From contig NC_067403.1 of the NCBI RefSeq assembly GCF_016432865.1, forward strand, positions 245,272,001-245,336,000: a stretch of 64,000 bases of DNA, read 5' to 3'. This document shows, piece by piece, positions 58,971 to 64,000 of the stretch (the stretch's first letter is position 1; each line of letters starts with the position of its first letter). Source of the stretch: Antechinus flavipes (lineage: Eukaryota). Position numbers and translations under genes: made by a program. The notes below the pieces were generated by a model. The model did no database searches. It was not told the origin of the DNA and saw nothing but the letters and a program-made list of their open reading frames with translations.

Positions 58971-61900
58971 CAAAAGGGCAAGAATCATTTAAACATTTCT
59001 ATTAAAGAAGAGTGCTCAGTGATTTCGTCCAAAATTTATATTTACGAAGAACCTTGGTCTATTTTACAAAATTTGTTAGTGGATTTTGTATGTTGTAATA
59101 TTTAAGGGAGAAGAATCATAGGTTCATAAAAGGGCATTGAACTTATAGGCACAAAAACCTCAGGTTGAAATCTTCTCTTTGGCATTTCACAACTGTGTAA
59201 TTTTGAGCAAGGTCATTCATATTGGATTTCAGTTCCTTCAGTTTCCTCATCTGTAAAATCAGAAAATCTGTGGGTAATGTACCCAATACAATTTGGTAGA
59301 ACTAGTGAATATGCCTATATTATACTGTTGGTACATTAATGTTCACAAAGTTTTGAAAGCATTAAAGTACCTTACACTTTATTATGTACCTGCCTTGTTT
59401 TCCTTATCATTATTGAAAAAAACAAGGAGTTGAATAATATTTCATCCTATCTAAGAAAGGTAAGTTTGAGCACTTTGGCTATCTTATCTATAGTTTCTTT
59501 TATGTGAAGATAATTATTATCTATCTCCCTTTGTGAAAATTTCAAATTTTATGAACCTAATGAGCAATAGAGATTGAGGAAACAGATTATCCAGGGAATA
59601 AAATATTCTGTTTACAAAATATACCCTGACCTTTCTGACAGGCTGGATGTGTGTGGGGATTGATATAAACTTCACCCATAGTCACTTAATTAGAAAGAAA
59701 TTTATCTTGTTTTATAAGGCTTCATTTTTCTTTTTTTCTTTATCTTTTTTAAATAAAAATTTTTATCTACATAATTTTCCTTAAAAAGAAAGAAAATTGT
59801 TAAGCAAAAGCAAGCATCAGGGCAAAAAAACATAATAACTAATGAAACAGTCCATATTTTGAACTTGCTTCAACACACATTTGTCAGAAAAGGAAAAGCA
59901 GGTTTTATCTCAATTCTCAGGGACCAAAGGTTTCAGTATACTTAATCTGAAGCCAGTGTTTGTTACTTTCCCCCAACTCCATTACAATTTGGTAGAACTA
60001 ATGGATATTCCAGTCTTTGTTTCTCCCTTCTTTGCTGTGTCATTCATTACTTCATTAAAAAGTCTTTCCAAAGCTTTTGAGTTCATCATACTTTGATTTC
60101 CTTACAAGAAAATATTTAGTCAAAATCCTGAACCAAAAATATTTTAATTATTCCCTGATAATTTTCCATTTTCTTTCAGTGTTTTCTATTTTTTTCCAGC
60201 TATAGTCAATATGAATAATTTTTGAATATATTAATCCTTTTCTCCTCCTTTAACTGTTCTCTTTTCAATATATTCGATATATTCCATAGTAATTAGATCA
60301 ATGAGACAAAGTGTATAAAAAGTTTAGTGGTTAACTTCCATAATTTCAAATTGTTTTCTAAAATGCTTAGAATAATTAAGTGCTTCACTAAGAAAGTGTC
60401 ATTGTATTTGTTGTCTTAATGAAGCACTATAATTGAGTATATTTAAAGCTTTTTCAACATTGAAAATTTACAATTATTAAGGGAATATGAAATATTGCTC
60501 ATCTTTCTTTTTATTAATACTCATAATTCTTTTAATGATTATGCTTAATTTTACTTTTGATATTATTTACATTAACTATTAGATATGTGTGTATATTTAT
60601 ATATATTAGACTTATTTAATTCTGCCATCCTTATGTTTATATCTGTGTTTAACACTGTACTTTTATCAGAAATAAAGTACAAAGTACATGTTTTTGCTAA
60701 ATAGCTGTTCAATTTAAAAATACAGTACTAAATTTCTTTTTGTAACTAAAATATAAAATTATATAATAAGATTATTCATTCCATGTTTTATCATTTTCTA
60801 TATCATTATTTATAAAGGCATCTTAAACATTGCAGGCATAGGAATGTTAATTTGGGGTCGAGACAATCAAAATTCAAATCTTGTTCAAATTCTTACCAAG
60901 TATGTGAATGTTGGCAAGTTGAGCAACCTCTTTGATTTTTGTATAAAATAGGTTTAAGTTCATTATATTATTTAATATCACTTGGATTTTACCAGCCACT
61001 TAAAAATATCCTTTTATACTTAAGTTAAAATGATGAAATCTTCATAGCAAATCAACTTCTCACAACACAAAACTTTGTATTTCATCTTAGCTCATTGGTA
61101 CAGGTATAGAAAATATGATGATATACACAAATGGAGGAATGACATTGGCATATTTTTGTTCTAGTCAAACAGATCTAAAGGTAAAAGATACCTCAGAAAT
61201 CAACTGTCACATTACAAATGAGGAAAATGAAGTGCAGAAATGATAAATTACTTTATAATTCCAATATAGATAACAAGATTGGTGTTCAGAACTATTTTCT
61301 TAATCTACAGACCATATTTCTTCGGTTGTAATATATTTCCACATTGAACAATGCAAGATAGTTAGATAGATAGTATATTGGATTTAGGAGCTTTCACTTA
61401 GCTTTTCAATCAGTTATGTCAGTCCTTTTGGTACCTATTTTTTTTTATAAAAGAATCTATAATCCTTCTAATACTATCTTATTATTACCACCTCTGTGGA
61501 ATGCTTATGCATGGGATATATTTTAATTCATGATCATGTTTAAACATGAAACATTATATTTTTCCAACTTCTCTATGTTATTTTTCCAGGAACAAGATTT
61601 CAGGTGGATGTTGCAGTGGAAATGAGCTGATCAATACTGCATTATTAAGTATGTAAGGAAACTAGAGCTTGGCAATTTAAAAGATACTAAAATGGGCCAA
61701 CTACTGGTCACTATTGAATGAATCTCTAAATCTGGAATTTTAAGCATCAGTTGATTGGGCAGGTTTTATAGGTTACACATATTGCTAAGGATATATGATA
61801 GAGAGAATTTACTCCACTTAATTATTTTATTAAGCAGTTACTATATGGAAGACAGTTCAAAAGAGAAAGAAGATTATAAGAAATGACTTTTGTACTTTGG

Positions 61901-62241
61901 ATGCTTAGAATACAGTTGGAAGCACAAAATGTGCATGTAGATAAGAACACATAGATTAAGCAGAGGCCATTTGCTAATTGATCAATGCCTGGCATAGATC
62001 CTATAATATGGTCATTCAGGAATAGGGAATTCAAAAAATTCAAGAAAGGGGAATATAAAGACTGATAATGGAGGGAAATCTCTGAAGAGAAGATTAGAGG
62101 AAATAGCCTGGTCTTTAAAAAGGATAGGATGTTAGCTGAAAAGATTGGGGAAAGCTTTCTAATGAGGAAAATACTATGAGCAAAGGTAGGCAAACTGGAA
62201 GATTCAAAGCAATAGAGAAGTAATTGTTGCATGCTTCATGT

Positions 62242-62273
<32 letters not shown>

Positions 62274-62778
62274 TACTATCTTATACCTGACACAAAGGTT
62301 AAAATTCCTGCTACAAGGAAATTGTCATTTTATAAAAACAGAAATTGTGGGTATGGTGTTAAATGTTTTTCTTCTTGATATTAAGATTAAGTATGATTTT
62401 ATAGTTTTATTAGATATCTTTATTTTACTGCACATTTTCATTAAAATCTCTAAGAAAAATAGTCATAGCATTGATTAGGGTTCTTAGTAGATAAGTAGCA
62501 TTTTGTAATCACTAAGTGATTGTGACTTTTATCGCCCAAATTTAAAAAAAAATTGAAATGAAACATGTATGTGTGTGTGTGTATGTGTGTGTGTGTAAGA
62601 TATTCATCTTATATAAAAGTGCATTAAAACTTGTTATGTTAACTATGTTAATATGTTAAATATGGGAGGAATATTTCTAGTCTTGAGATTGAGCCACCTC
62701 TTCTTTGTTGAACACATACAAGTAAAGTGATTGGTTGGTCCTCAATTCATCTTTTTCTATAGGCAGAAGACTCACTCA

Positions 62779-63702
62779 ATGGCAAAGGACAATCTCACAG
62801 TTGTGGAGGGATTCATTCTTCTGGGATTTTCTGATCTTCCCAACCTCCAAGGGTTTCTCTTTGGCATTTTCTCTGTCATCTACCTATGTATATTGATAGG
62901 AAATGGCCTCCTCATTGTCATAACCAAGATTGATCCAAGTCTCCAAACACCAATGTATTTTTTCTTGGGGAATTTTTCCTTCTTGGAAATCTGTTACACA
63001 TCAGTCACTATACCCAGAATGCTGGTAGATCTTTGGACACAAAAGAGCACTATTTCTTTCCTACGCTGTGCTGTACAAACCTGTTTCCTCTATATTCTGG
63101 GAGTGGCAGAATGCTTGCTCCTTGCAGTGATGGCATATGATCGTTATGTGGCCATTTGTAAGCCTCTCTACTATCCTCTCATCATGAATCGTAGAGTATG
63201 TATCCAATTGGTTGTGTTGTCCTGGATGATTGCGGTTCCGGTACTGATAGGGGAGACATACCTGATTTTCTGTCTCAATTTTTGTGGTTCTAAAAAACTT
63301 AATCATGTTTTTTGTGAGGCTCCACCATTACTGGAGTTGGCCTGTGGGGACACATATAAGGCCCAGCTCTCTGTCCAACTTGTTGCATTGTTGTTTATCA
63401 TAACTCCCTTTCTGTTGATACTCACATCCTATGTCAAAATCATAATTACTATCCTGAGACTGCCTTCAACCTCAGGGAGATCCAAAGCCTTTTCCACCTG
63501 CTCATCACATCTTATAATTGTGTGTTTATTCTATGGTTCTGGTAGTATTGTGTATTTGAGGCCAAAATCCCATCATTCTACAGGATCAGTCAAGGTGTTT
63601 GCTCTTTTCTATACCACTGTGACCCCAGTATTTAACCCCTTGATATATAGCCTCAGAAATAAGGATGTCATTGCTGCTCTGAGAAAACTGCTTCCTAAGT
63701 GA
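62779..63702 (+). CDS. OR10AG1-like: Olfactory receptor, OR10AG1-like (copy C'), 307 aa, intact
   Basis: True ATG at 62779, 16 nt after acceptor TTTTTCTATAG|G (62761-62762); all OR motifs present. Confidence 0.95.
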   Translation: MAKDNLTVVEGFILLGFSDLPNLQGFLFGIFSVIYLCILIGNGLLIVITKIDPSLQTPMYFFLGNFSFLEICYTSVTIPRMLVDLWTQKSTISFLRCAVQTCFLYILGVAECLLLAVMAYDRYVAICKPLYYPLIMNRRVCIQLVVLSWMIAVPVLIGETYLIFCLNFCGSKKLNHVFCEAPPLLELACGDTYKAQLSVQLVALLFIITPFLLILTSYVKIIITILRLPSTSGRSKAFSTCSSHLIIVCLFYGSGSIVYLRPKSHHSTGSVKVFALFYTTVTPVFNPLIYSLRNKDVIAALRKLLPK

Positions 63703-64000
63703 ATCAGGTCATAGTGTCATAAACAAAATATATGAACTTTGTTTTTATTTTATTTTCTCCACAGTTCATACAAAAATACATATCTGCTGGCGTTTCTTGT
63801 TTTTACATATCAATGAATATGTACATAAATTAGAGAAAAGCAAAACACTGTATTTCAAATATAGAAAAATATTAGCCTAAAGTTTGTTAGATTATGAAAG
63901 GGCTTAAATTGTTGTGACTTAAATGGTTTCAAATAATTAGAGATACTTTGAGTGCAATCACTTTTGCAATCTTTTCTAGTACTATCCTAATATTATGTCA

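Larger units (their letters stand above)
58420..64000 (+). repeat. Segmental duplicate of ~41250-45130 (C unit)
   Basis: Colinear upstream DNA, CDS and 3' flank; copy C lacks about 1.7 kb of the predicted intron. Confidence 0.85.

Noticed and set aside
1-64000. CRISPR arrays, rRNA or tRNA genes, prokaryotic systems
   Set aside because: None seen. The tRNA-like sequences are SINE heads or 18-nt PBSs in a mammalian context.

Overview
Vertebrate (marsupial) genomic DNA. SINE types (WSINE1-like, MAR1/MIR-like) and an OC1-type hAT MITE suggest a dasyurid such as the Tasmanian devil; the species call is inference. The window holds six head-to-tail, plus-strand class II olfactory receptor genes of the OR10AG1-like family in the order A-B-A'-B'-C-C'. 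Five are intact 307-aa ORFs and one is cut by the window start. The cluster was built by tandem segmental duplications. Each gene with visible upstream DNA has a conserved homeodomain and O/E-like promoter block, a predicted non-coding first exon with a GTAAGT donor, and an acceptor 12-16 nt before the ATG. Two gene-less copies of this promoter unit also survive. The main accessory element is a very young 5.7-kb betaretrovirus-like provirus on the minus strand (48740-54467). It has identical 599-bp LTRs, a 6-bp TSD, a tRNA-Lys3 PBS, an internally deleted gag, a 1-bp frameshift in pro, an open pol and no env. A nest of older ERVs lies at 16.5-24 kb and includes a solo LTR that has U3 ends on both sides. 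ERV/L1 debris lies at 1-6.4 kb. There are four assembly gaps. All alignments were done by eye, so coordinates of degraded repeats are approximate.
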